DNA of 64,000 nucleotides from a virus. A program made the translations under genes and the position numbers. Below the pieces are notes generated by a model, which had not been told where the DNA came from, did no database searches, and worked only from the letters and a program-made list of their open reading frames with translations. How positions within the stretch are numbered: the first letter of the stretch is position 1; each line of letters starts with the position of its first letter. Positions 40,466 to 50,537 of the stretch are shown here, in pieces. The DNA is taken from the IMG/VR virus record IMGVR_UViG_3300045911_000143, positions 1-64,000 of that record; one strand, 5' to 3'.

Positions 40466-40747
40466 TCACGTTGGGTATTCCAAACGATGCTTTTTCAGTG
40501 CATCGGCACGATCCCATGCACGATAATAACACTCGACCTCACCATCCGCATCATAGACGCAATAGAGGGGGATATAAGAACCCCAATAGGTACCGCTCGG
40601 ATCATATCCGCCACGATCCAATCGAACCTTGCGGCAGTAGAGTTTGGCCGAACGATTGGCGTTGTAGTTGCGCCGACCCAAGGGAGCGCCACGAGAGCAG
40701 TTGACGGGGTTGGCTTTCAGACGTGCGTTAATGTCCATGACCATCAT
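40466..40747 (-). CDS. Conserved hypothetical protein
   Basis: RGAPLGR...VRLDRGGYDPSGTYWG motif. Confidence 0.75.
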   Translation of the reverse strand: MMVMDINARLKANPVNCSRGAPLGRRNYNANRSAKLYCRKVRLDRGGYDPSGTYWGSYIPLYCVYDADGEVECYYRAWDRADALKKHRLEYPT

Positions 40748-40861
40748 TCTACACTGATTGGAATAGAAATCAAGTCTTGTAATGTAATTGATTTCGTGCT
40801 AAAATGGGATGGTGGTCGGTGATAGTGGTGAAGAAGTGAGTTGCCTCACTTCGGTCATACT

Positions 40862-41245
40862 CTAGTCGAGGAAAGAATACAAGGCTTCAACATTCAGCGA
40901 GCGATCATTATAGGCTGCCTCCCTCATCGCATAGAATCGCTCGCTCAATTCTTCGGTACATTTCTCAACATACTTCCACAGGGAAACATTGTAAAGCAAC
41001 AGGGTTAGGGCAACCCCGAAGGTGCGGTGATTCATCGTACCTTCATAGTAGTTGTTATCATTTACCACATTGTAAAGGCCCTCCGGGGCGATGACAAAAT
41101 CAAAGCCGCCGATGTTCTCGACAGTCCATTGACCGCCAGTGTAATCCTCAGAATGGTTCCGCGCAAGATTATACAGGCCATTCTCAGCCACGTGCGGGGG
41201 AAGTAGCGGAAAGATGCGAGCAAGATCATTCCAATTCATTGCCAT
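40862..41245 (-). CDS. ArdB/KlcA-family antirestriction protein
   Basis: DYTGGQW, APEG, NNYYEGTM, FGVALTL, FYAMREAA, C-terminal LYSFLD. Confidence 0.8.
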   Translation of the reverse strand: MAMNWNDLARIFPLLPPHVAENGLYNLARNHSEDYTGGQWTVENIGGFDFVIAPEGLYNVVNDNNYYEGTMNHRTFGVALTLLLYNVSLWKYVEKCTEELSERFYAMREAAYNDRSLNVEALYSFLD

Positions 41246-41355
41246 CAGATTTCTTTCTTTCAGTGTTGGGGTATTATATTCCATTATAGGATGGTTGTCA
41301 AGCGTTTTGGTTAGTCAACCCGCAAACATCCCTTGTCCAGTTCACTTAGGTTGGT

Positions 41356-41467
41356 TGGTGGCGTGGTCTAATCGACATTAACCCTCTTGTTGACACTACG
41401 CAGTCGATATTCGCGTTATACGTCTTATCCTAGCCATCCGCCTCAAGTGCGTTAGCAGGACCACCAT
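41356..41467 (-). ncRNA. Novel pseudoknotted small RNA, copy 2
   Basis: TTGACA-N16-TATAAT promoter; shared 41-nt scaffold; TGGTGG/CCACCA closing stem. Confidence 0.7.
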
Positions 41468-41708
41468 GCAAAACATTATACAGTGTTTTCTTCCGTTGTC
41501 AATAGTGGAGTTATCAGATTGGTGACTTTAAAGATGCATTCCCCCCGTCCTCCTGTCACCATTTTAGCATGGAATGTAATACAATGCAAGTCTTGACAAA
41601 CGATTTTTTTTATGGGAGACTAATCGCAAGGCATCCTCTTGTCACAAAAGATTCATAAGATATTTTTCAAAAAACGCTTGACAGTAACATTTCATTATGT
41701 TACACTAA

Positions 41709-42134
41709 TCAGTTGGCCAGTTTCAGTGCCAGCACTTCAATATTACCAAACGATTCAAAGTAATTGCTCCAAGGGTTATCCAATTTAACCTGTTTACCAT
41801 CGGATGATGTGTATACAAGGTATTGATTTTTCTGACAATTATTCAATTCAGATTCAGCCCTTCTAGCATCACATTCTGTTTCATATACGTCAAAAAATTT
41901 TATATTTGCATCCATGTTCCATCCGAGTGAGTCGTCAGTATCATAGATTGCAACAAGGGCGTAATAGAGTTGGCCCACCTTTGGTGTGAAGCCAACATCA
42001 ACAAATTCGTTGCCGTATGTCAACGATAGTTGACCAAACTTCCATTCAGTAATGGTGTTGGGATGTGAATGATCTTGCGATCCAAAACCGTCTTCATAAG
42101 ACAATTTTGAATATTGCAAATAGATTCTAGGCAT
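41709..42134 (-). CDS. Hypothetical protein (cargo of cassette 1)
   Basis: 141-aa ORF between conserved flanks. Confidence 0.75.
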   Translation of the reverse strand: MPRIYLQYSKLSYEDGFGSQDHSHPNTITEWKFGQLSLTYGNEFVDVGFTPKVGQLYYALVAIYDTDDSLGWNMDANIKFFDVYETECDARRAESELNNCQKNQYLVYTSSDGKQVKLDNPWSNYFESFGNIEVLALKLAN

Positions 42135-42256
42135 CTGGATGACCTATTAAGTCCTAACGCATACGTTAGTAGGGTCCAGTATACACTAGTTGTGGGAAAA
42201 TTAAAAGCTTACAGTTTAACAAAGTGATAGTCAGTTTTTCGACCTTCTTTGTCCTG

Positions 42257-42916
42257 TTATTCTGAGACGTAGGAAACCTTGACTTCAACACCATTAATGG
42301 TGAAAACCTTGTCCTTCTTTTGGGGAAGGTCAGCAAAGAATAGATCAACGCTCTCTGTGGTGAATCGTCTGGAAAGTACCTCTGCCAATTCTTTGCTGGT
42401 CATGATAAGATCATTTTTTCCGATGGCGCTAACTTTGACAATCATGACTTTCTCCAACCTACGAGGATATCATATCAGTCCTTTTTGTAGAATTCAAACT
42501 TTGCGCCATTTTTACAAGTGGCAATAATCAAACCTTTTCTATTGTAGGACAATTCCTTGAGTCCGCTATTATTATCACACTTTTTGGCAGCCAACTCGTA
42601 GGTTTCGGGAGCAAGGGGTGAGGACATAATCAAGGGATCGAAAACAAGTGCCTCCAGCATCAGAGTGATGGCCACGCCAAGAAGAGCAGAAATCAGATTC
42701 GTGAAAAAATCAGTCATGTTACCCTTTCCTCTTGTGAATGTCTTTACAATACTTTACCACAATGTCGGGTGGGAGTCCATCATGGTTAATCAAAGAAAGG
42801 CGAACAGTTTCGGCGTCAGGTGCATCCATGTAAACAGTGTCATGGGGGATCAAGTCGCCATTCCGATTCTTACGATATACTGTCCATGCTCGCAGCGTCA
42901 TTGGAATCTCCTTCAT
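42257..42916 (-). CDS. Three small ORFs (42257-42457, 42475-42717 membrane-anchored, 42719-42916)
   Basis: Co-oriented, tightly packed ORFs. Confidence 0.65.
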
Positions 42917-42976
42917 TTGATGAAACCATTATACCGCAATGGAAAGGAAATTGCAAGAGTGGGGATTATCATCCAT

Positions 42977-43369
42977 TTAGGGGTTATACTGTTCTCCATT
43001 TACCCACCACTCTTGTGTTCCGTCAGAACGGATTACAGCGGGTTGGCCATTGTCGCGGTGACGTACTCCGTTAACCCACCACTCTTGTGTTCCGTCAGAA
43101 CGGATTACAGCGGGTTGGCCATTGTCGCGGTGACGTTCTCCATTAACCCACCACTCTTGTGACCCATCGGGGTGAATTACAGCAGGTTGGTCTCCAAGGC
43201 GGTGCTTTACTCCGTCCTTCCACCAGCCTTGATACCCATTAGTTAGAATTAAAGCCGGTAAATCATCTCCTCGATGCCGAACACCATACTGATTTTGGTA
43301 CTCAGTCCGTATTAGCCTGCCGTCATCATCAAAAGTTTCTAGCCTATTGATCGTCATTATTATCTCCAA
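42977..43369 (-). CDS. HRD-repeat protein
   Basis: HRGDDLPA/HRDNGQPA repeats; near-exact 72-nt internal duplication. Confidence 0.88.
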   Translation of the reverse strand: MEIIMTINRLETFDDDGRLIRTEYQNQYGVRHRGDDLPALILTNGYQGWWKDGVKHRLGDQPAVIHPDGSQEWWVNGERHRDNGQPAVIRSDGTQEWWVNGVRHRDNGQPAVIRSDGTQEWWVNGEQYNP

Positions 43370-43770
43370 TTTTTGGGATATTTATAATAGTATTTCATGA
43401 TGGAAATCTAGGATTCCATCATCTCCCAAAAATGTTTTCACACTTTCAACGAGGATTGAGGGTGTCAACAATCCTCGTTGAAAACTCACCGTCAAACTGG
43501 GTTTTCTGCAAAACCACAATTTTACGATTTTGTTCCTTTGCCAAAGCCTGTGCCAGTGCAATAGCAAACTTGTAATGCTTTTCAGGGAAAACCAAACCTT
43601 CAACCAGATATTCACCGACATTCGCACTCATTATTTTTTCCCTTATGTTTTGGGTTGCGTTGGTAGTCGTTCTTGCGGTCCTTATGCTTTGCCGCTTTGT
43701 TGAATTTTCGGAAATGTTTGGCAACAGGATTCTTCACGTCCCTATTCTCTAAATTGATTGAAGCATTATA

Positions 43771-44250
43771 CTATGGATTGATTGTGCTGTCAATCATGAT
43801 TTGTTCATTTGTCGTTTGGGGTGAGGCCGGAGTGAATGAAAAAATACATGATGACTGACCGAATTGGTCAAGTTCCTCGAAACTATCAATCAATTCTGCA
43901 CTTAATTTAATTAATCCAGTGACAACGGCTACACCGTTTTCATTACGTACCACTTCTTTACGGTGGGCGTAACCAGAAATCTCATATGGTGGCAGACACC
44001 ATCCCAAAGGCCCTACGAATTCTTCTGGGCATTGATCCGTTAAAAGAACGTACCGGAAGGGATTTAAAAATTCTGTGAAGATTCCTCCGGGTGTTACCCC
44101 TTCTTTCTCTGAACAAAATCTTCTGCCTCTATAGACGTTTGTGTCATAGCACACAATGTCTGTGAAAACTTGAGGTTCAGATTCAATTACTGTGCAGATC
44201 GGATAACCCGCTGAAATAATTGATGATATTAGTAGAACATTTGTCAACAT
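43771..44250 (-). CDS. Putative secreted Cys-containing protein
   Basis: Signal-like N-terminus; LIDSFE motif; resembles 35904. Confidence 0.6.
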   Translation of the reverse strand: MLTNVLLISSIISAGYPICTVIESEPQVFTDIVCYDTNVYRGRRFCSEKEGVTPGGIFTEFLNPFRYVLLTDQCPEEFVGPLGWCLPPYEISGYAHRKEVVRNENGVAVVTGLIKLSAELIDSFEELDQFGQSSCIFSFTPASPQTTNEQIMIDSTINP

Positions 44251-44318
44251 TTTTCAATTCCAATAGGAAATCAATCCAAAAAGGATTGATTCCATGATAC
44301 TATGGAATTTGTAAAATG

Positions 44319-44603
44319 TCAATCAAGATTTGCTTCTACAAGAATCGTAATCTGTGATTCATGACCTTCATGGTCGATCAAGAACATTGACGATCCAGAC
44401 ACTTCAATTTCTTGGTTTTCCCCTTCCATGAACTTGGTACTGTATTCACAACCATCTGCACTATACCAAGTGACATACATGAATTCATTTTCATCCTTGC
44501 CGGTAAGAATGCCCAGCGATGGAAACGTCACTACACCATCCAAAACGATTCCGGCAGCGTTTTGGATAATCTTAAGAGCCTCGGGAAGTGTGATCTTTTT
44601 CAT
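44319..44603 (-). CDS. Hypothetical protein
   Basis: 94-aa ORF. Confidence 0.65.
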   Translation of the reverse strand: MKKITLPEALKIIQNAAGIVLDGVVTFPSLGILTGKDENEFMYVTWYSADGCEYSTKFMEGENQEIEVSGSSMFLIDHEGHESQITILVEANLD

Positions 44604-44991
44604 AGTATGACTTACCTGCTGTATGACTTACGTGCTGGAAAACTTGCGGGTGAACCACATCCCCGCTACCCGGTGGTATTGCCACAAATATTTCCTATCT
44701 ACATCATCGGTGGGTTGTGGCACCCGGTTTGTTTAATGATTTTTGCTATGCTTCCATTATAGCATGTTTTTCAAGATTGTCAAACTGGCTCGCCTTCATC
44801 ATCCACGGTCAGGCGTGTAATATGCCTCAAATCTTCCACACTTACATATTCATATGTATTCATGTCGAGCAATGCTTGCCAATCCCATCGAGATGGATCG
44901 TCATTCTCAGATGAAGTCTGAATCTTAAGTGTGATTACATATTGATCTACACTAAACTGACGACTCATACTATTTTCTCAGTGAGGTTGGA

Positions 44992-45067
44992 TGGTGGAAC
45001 CGGTGGGACTCGAACCCACAACCAATAGATTAAAAGTCTACTGCGCTACCAATTGCGCCACGGTTCC
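44992..45067 (-). tRNA. tRNA-Lys(TTT)
   Basis: GGAACCG/CGGTTCC-A-CCA; TAGA-CTTTTAA-TCTA; GGTTCGAGTCC. Confidence 0.95.
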
Positions 45068-45215
45068 AATATACTTACATTATACTTTGTTTTTCGACTT
45101 TGTCAACCCATCTTGCTTCAACAAACCCGAAAGGATAATTCTGGCTCGGATGATAGCATTGAATTCAGCCGTTGACAACGGCTTTCCGCTACCTTTTACA
45201 ATGATGCGAGAAAGA

Positions 45216-46192
45216 TCAGTGATTGCCTGCTGAACCTGTTCCTTGTTGATTACTTTCACGCAGATTCTCCAAGTAGGTTAGTCTTTCTCTCGCAGCATCA
45301 GCCAATCGTTGGACATGCTCAATTTGAGCCCTGAAATACTCTAGGCGGCTATTATACCATCCCACCCCTTGTCGTGTCAAGGAAATTGCCCATTCGATTT
45401 CCTCATTGGTTTGAGGATTGTTGAGATTGAGCATGTTCATGGCTTCACTTATTCTTGAGAAATTCCATTAATATCAGCGGCCAAAAAAGACCGACTACAA
45501 TGTATTCAATTATACTCCATTCTTTGTGTTCGTCAACCAAGTTAGAATTCAGCATCAGGGTTAAGGCCATAGCAACGGCAGCAGTCAGATAGAAGTCCCA
45601 GAAATTCATTCCGGCTCCACATCAATGACTACATCCTTCAACGATGCACCGGTGATGTTGGCAAACGCTTGACGCAGTACCGCAATGGAATACTCACGGT
45701 GCTCGTCATCAATAAACTCAAGATGCTGAATTTCGTAGCGTTCATTTGGGAGACCAACCGAAGGATCGTTACGGACCAGAATGTTAACGGTGTGCATGGT
45801 GTTCTCCAACCGATGAAATCATTATATTTCAACATGGGAGGCTTGTCAATAGCCTCCCATGTTTTTCAAGAACAAGACTTGATAACGTTGATAACATCCT
45901 GAACGCGGGTCGAAACTTTCGTCAAAATGTCACGCTCACGCTCACTACGCTGAATCCCACATTCATCAAAAATCTTCCGAATGCTGCGAGCAGCGTTACG
46001 GGCAGCATCGCGGGTTTTCATCCCGCCGATTCGCTTTCCACTGTTAGGGTCGGTTACGGCCCAACCAGTGAGATTTTTCACCGCACCGGACGGTACTACT
46101 TGCACGTTACGATGGATATAAAAACCAGCAACAGTTTCACCGTTGACCGGCTTGAACCCGTAATCATTGAAGTAAACCTTAACATTACGCAT
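45216..46192 (-). CDS. Small hypothetical ORFs (45216-45440, 45606-45809, 45866-46192)
   Basis: Each has an SD and/or promoter. Confidence 0.6.
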
Positions 46193-46332
46193 TTAATTTC
46201 TCCGGTGCGTTAGAATGGGAGCATTGTAATATGCTCCCATCCTTCAGTCAAGTGTTAGGTGGCTGTTAAACTTCCAGTATCGTAAGGACAGGGAAAATTA
46301 TAAACCCTGAACTCAGGCAATACCGGAAACCG

Positions 46333-46950
46333 TCAAACTCGCGGAATCACGCCCGCCTGCCGTGCGTTGCACAGATAAACGTGGGCACTCGACTTCTTAA
46401 TACCAGCGGCTTCCAGCGCAGAGATAACCGTCTTGGTATCATACTTGTCGAGGCTTCGCATGATCTTAACGGCGCGGTCATATGCGGTTTCGGCCAGTTT
46501 GGGACGACCACGGCCACGCTTGGCTTGGATCACTTCGGGGACGGCCACGATAGGTGCAGCATCTACAGCGGGCGTTGGGGCCTCCACCGTGGTTTCCGGG
46601 GCATCATCGACCGTCACCGTCACTTCCGGCTCAGGCGCGACTTCCACGACCACAGGGGCGGAATAGACAACCGGCACGAGGTCAGCCGGGACTTCCTTCA
46701 CGACGGCGGCAGAAAGAGCCTTAACCCGGCTCGAAACATATGCCTTAACCCTGTTTAGGTCATTCTCACCCTTGAGGACGGCATTGCAGATATACTTGGC
46801 GATCAGATTTGGGTTGTCGCCACCATGAATGTCAAACAGGGACGTAAACAGGGACGCATCTTCACTCGGCATGGCATCCACGAAAGCCGTGGCATCCACG
46901 ACCGAGGTCAGGGGGATATCAAACTTTTCCAGATACGATGTCAGGTTCAT
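46333..46950 (-). CDS. AT-hook-containing protein with Val/Pro/Ala-rich linker
   Basis: C-terminal VIQAKRGRGRPKLAETAYDRAV...GIKKSSA.VY shared with 37967. Confidence 0.8.
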   Translation of the reverse strand: MNLTSYLEKFDIPLTSVVDATAFVDAMPSEDASLFTSLFDIHGGDNPNLIAKYICNAVLKGENDLNRVKAYVSSRVKALSAAVVKEVPADLVPVVYSAPVVVEVAPEPEVTVTVDDAPETTVEAPTPAVDAAPIVAVPEVIQAKRGRGRPKLAETAYDRAVKIMRSLDKYDTKTVISALEAAGIKKSSAHVYLCNARQAGVIPRV

Positions 46951-47174
46951 TTGCTTTCCTTTGTTAGTGCCGGGACCATCCCCGACCATGTGAAGCATTA
47001 TACACCGTTTCAGTTGAATTGCAATATCCCGATGTGTTGTATTTTTACCACAACTCTTGTTGTATTTTTACCACATCGCTTGACAATCTTTACATTACAT
47101 GTTAAAATAGGTTGGTGGTTGAGATGATAACAAATAACCCCAAGCCCATTGTGGCGGGCTTGGGGCGGAAGCCC

Positions 47175-47939
47175 TTAGAAATCAAGGGCTTCGAGCAGCA
47201 ACGTGGCTTGAGGAGAGGCAGCAATATCATCCGGGGTGATATTCTCCCGATTGATTGTAATACTTTCAAAGTTATCAGCCTTGAGGCTGAAAGTCTTGAT
47301 CCCCACACTACGCTTGTTTAAGCAGCGTTCAATACAATTCTTCATGCGGACACTCGCACCAGAATTGACCACCTTCCGCTCACCCTCTACAACTGTCGTC
47401 GATGAAAGTTCCAGATAAAAGAGCATGATGGTTTCCGCTACCGGCAAACCATTGAATAGAACAGGCTCCATGATGCCATTTTCCTTTCGGCAGTCAAGGT
47501 TGACCTTAACACCATCAGCCACCGTGACATAACAACGATCATGCCCTTTCCGGTATCCATCGCTACGGTCGCCGTCATTGGTCTTAATCAGGGACTCCAA
47601 TTCCTGAGCCTTACGACCAGCGAACAGGGTCTTGAGAGTAGTATGGTCCATCACGGACAAAACCGGATCATTCTTGACGTACTCTGCCACATCGTCGAAC
47701 GCGATGGCTTCCAGTGCCTTGATCTTGCGATCATACAAATTCCGAATGGAAAACCGGGTGATGAAATTGATATTCTTGGACGGGGGCTTAGTGTATCCAG
47801 TGGAAGGCTTGTAACCGTGAATGGTTCCAATGCCGCCCTTCTGAATGGTAATGAGACGATCCAGCGTTTCGGCCTGAGCCGGGGTGCAAAGGAAAGGGCG
47901 GCTACCCTTGGTATATGTGACCAGCGATTCAGTATTCAT
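47175..47939 (-). CDS. Hypothetical phage protein
   Basis: 254 aa, GAGGA SD. Confidence 0.8.
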   Translation of the reverse strand: MNTESLVTYTKGSRPFLCTPAQAETLDRLITIQKGGIGTIHGYKPSTGYTKPPSKNINFITRFSIRNLYDRKIKALEAIAFDDVAEYVKNDPVLSVMDHTTLKTLFAGRKAQELESLIKTNDGDRSDGYRKGHDRCYVTVADGVKVNLDCRKENGIMEPVLFNGLPVAETIMLFYLELSSTTVVEGERKVVNSGASVRMKNCIERCLNKRSVGIKTFSLKADNFESITINRENITPDDIAASPQATLLLEALDF

Positions 47940-47987
47940 AGCAGTGTTATCCTCTCTGCGAGCGTGAGAACAGTATAGCAGGATTTT

Positions 47988-48497
47988 TCAATCTGTCAAT
48001 GTACGACGAAAAACATCTTCAATATATGCTCGCATAGTGGGGATTTGTGCTCGGTTGAATTCAGAATTCCAATTATCTTCTGTTTCCACAATAGCCTCAA
48101 GCGCCTCTAGCGAAAGTTCACCGTCAAGCAGATAGTAGGCATATTCATAATTATACCCATCTACACGATCAACGGGACCATCAACGGCGTCCCAAAAGAA
48201 TCCGTCAAACTCCAATCGAATATGATTGAAGTAAACATTATTAGCGTTCCATAGGTCAGCGTCATTTGGGACGCAACCCTCTTGTGCAATCAAGGTTTTT
48301 TCTACTTCTGAAACATCAACAGGGTCATCGTGGGACCACACACGAATTTTATAATTAAACACCCCATATCGTTCCAGAATCTTTGCTAATTCAAGAGCAA
48401 AGATGCCGCAACCACCTCGATTAATACGGTGAACGCAGTCGCAGATATGACCACAAATCTTATCCAAAGCGTTGCAGATGGATTCGTTAGTGTGCAT
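47988..48497 (-). CDS. Putative Cys-His-Asp (papain/transglutaminase-like) protein
   Basis: INRGGCGIFALEL...NHIRL...FWDA. Confidence 0.55.
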   Translation of the reverse strand: MHTNESICNALDKICGHICDCVHRINRGGCGIFALELAKILERYGVFNYKIRVWSHDDPVDVSEVEKTLIAQEGCVPNDADLWNANNVYFNHIRLEFDGFFWDAVDGPVDRVDGYNYEYAYYLLDGELSLEALEAIVETEDNWNSEFNRAQIPTMRAYIEDVFRRTLTD

Positions 48498-49209
48498 GAC
48501 AAGTAGTATAACACAATTAAATAACTTGTCAATCATTTCAAGTGTTGTATTTTTACCACAACAAATCTATGTATTACTATCCTCCCTCCACCATCCTATT
48601 TTAGCACAAGCATCCTGAACAGAAGCTGAATATTCAGGAAATTATTTGCTTGACACATACAAATTATTATTGTATACTAATCCTGCCGGGGCGTTCATGT
48701 TTGTAAAAGGATGAGCACCTGTGGAACCGCCTTCGCATTTATAATAATAAATTACACAGATCGATTTTACATAGAAAGATTGGTAGACTCGCCATCTGTG
48801 GGTTATGATGGTGGACACATAAAAAACATTTACAGATAGATAAAGATTGGCTTCTAGTTGTAAATTCACAAGAATATTATTTTGAAGAGTGTAGCCGATT
48901 TGTTATCTTATAATCCTACACCGTCTTTCACTCTTTCTAATAATCAATCTTAGTACCTATCAATTGTATGATTGTAATAATTCTAAATGACAGGTTTCAA
49001 CAATTCATTTAATGATGCAAAGACAGTGGTCTCTGATACGTAAATTAGATTGATTTCAGTGAAATTATTAGTTTTCTGATATAAGTATTATCTTTTAAAG
49101 ATAGAATTTGAAATATACCAGCCACATTTAAATAACATGTGGTGGGTAATACCCACTAAATCCTAACGCATACGTTAGTAGTGTCCAGTATACTTTAGCT
49201 GTGGGTTTA

Positions 49210-49802
49210 TCAACTACGAGCAAAGATATACCACATGATGTACGCAAAACTTGCACTAGCAATAATAATCAAATTTAAGACTTTGGAAAACTCGACATTT
49301 TCTGTTTTACCATTAATGATTAGAATAACCTTGCAAATGTCATAAATTTTTGCATTAATAAATGCAACTGTATTGACGAAAAACAGATAACTAGCAAAAA
49401 CGAACAGACCAACCAAGATTGGATCGAGCATTTTTATCTCCAGTGTCGTGATAAAATGTTGATGTTCTGACTATATTCCTGATTGGAATAGTATTGCCAG
49501 TGTTCTGCATTGTTGTTATGGATCGCTGCGAGGAAAAGAGCGACTGCCGGTTCAGACTTGGCGGCCACACTAAAGTGTCCAACCGGGTTAATATCATACT
49601 GATATACAGTCACAGGGCCTTCTTCAGTTTCCAGAACCCAGTGCTCTCCAACCTTACCATCTGCCGATGGTTTTGCGTTCGGCGGCCCTAGCATGTTCAG
49701 CAGGGTGTTATTATTGGTCATCAGCACTCCAAGACGGAATGAACCTTCCGTTTTTTGTGTAGGAGTGCTTGGGACGACACAATAATTAGAAAGGATTTTC
49801 AT
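49210..49802 (-). CDS. Membrane protein (49210-49431) and hypothetical protein (49434-49802)
   Basis: Co-oriented ORFs; LGPPN...DGKV..HW motif. Confidence 0.65.
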
Positions 49803-50193
49803 GGCTATTCTAGATATAAGTGTTATTCAACATCTTCATACTTGGAATTCCAAATTGCAGCAATTGCTGATACAAGGATGATAAGTCCTACAGCAATCGC
49901 ACCGGTCACAAGCATCTGCATCATTTATGAATTCTCTTGGTAATTTGTCTACAATTTGTCAGCATTATATCATTAATGGGGAGGGGTGTCAAGACAATCT
50001 AGTGACTTTCAAAGTCACCGGGTCAACATCGAGAATGACAGGCTTATGGTGAGATTCCTTAATCTCGAATACCGTTGCAGTAGACGTAGGATCGCGCTGA
50101 ATCGAAAATGCTTCCAGAACAGCATCTTCCGGTGTTTCAGCATCAATGTTTATAGCCCAAGTGACAGTAAATTCTCTCATTTTATTCCTACCT

Positions 50194-50523
50194 TTAAGGA
50201 AGTGTGATAGTTGCAATAAACTCACGACCCATTTGTTGATAAATTTCCCAAGCCCGAACGATTTCTTGCACGGTGGGGAAACGATTTTCTTTCTTCTCGT
50301 TGCACTTTCTACATGCTAGCACAATGTTTCCGGTCTTGCCATATCCTTTAGAACGCGGGAATAGATGGTCTACAGTGTAGCCTTTCTTACGAGAATCATT
50401 GTAAGTAATATACTCCATAAAACTATCGCAATAAAAACAGCGGCAGTTCTGATGGGAGTAAAGCAACGAGACAGGAACATGACGAGGCCGTAGAGCCTTA
50501 ATTTCCACGATTGCCGGTTGCAT
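50194..50523 (-). CDS. HNH endonuclease
   Basis: CFYC, TVDHLFPRSKG, NIVLACRKCNEKK. Confidence 0.9.
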   Translation of the reverse strand: MQPAIVEIKALRPRHVPVSLLYSHQNCRCFYCDSFMEYITYNDSRKKGYTVDHLFPRSKGYGKTGNIVLACRKCNEKKENRFPTVQEIVRAWEIYQQMGREFIATITLP

Positions 50524-50537
50524 GACACGGAGATTGG

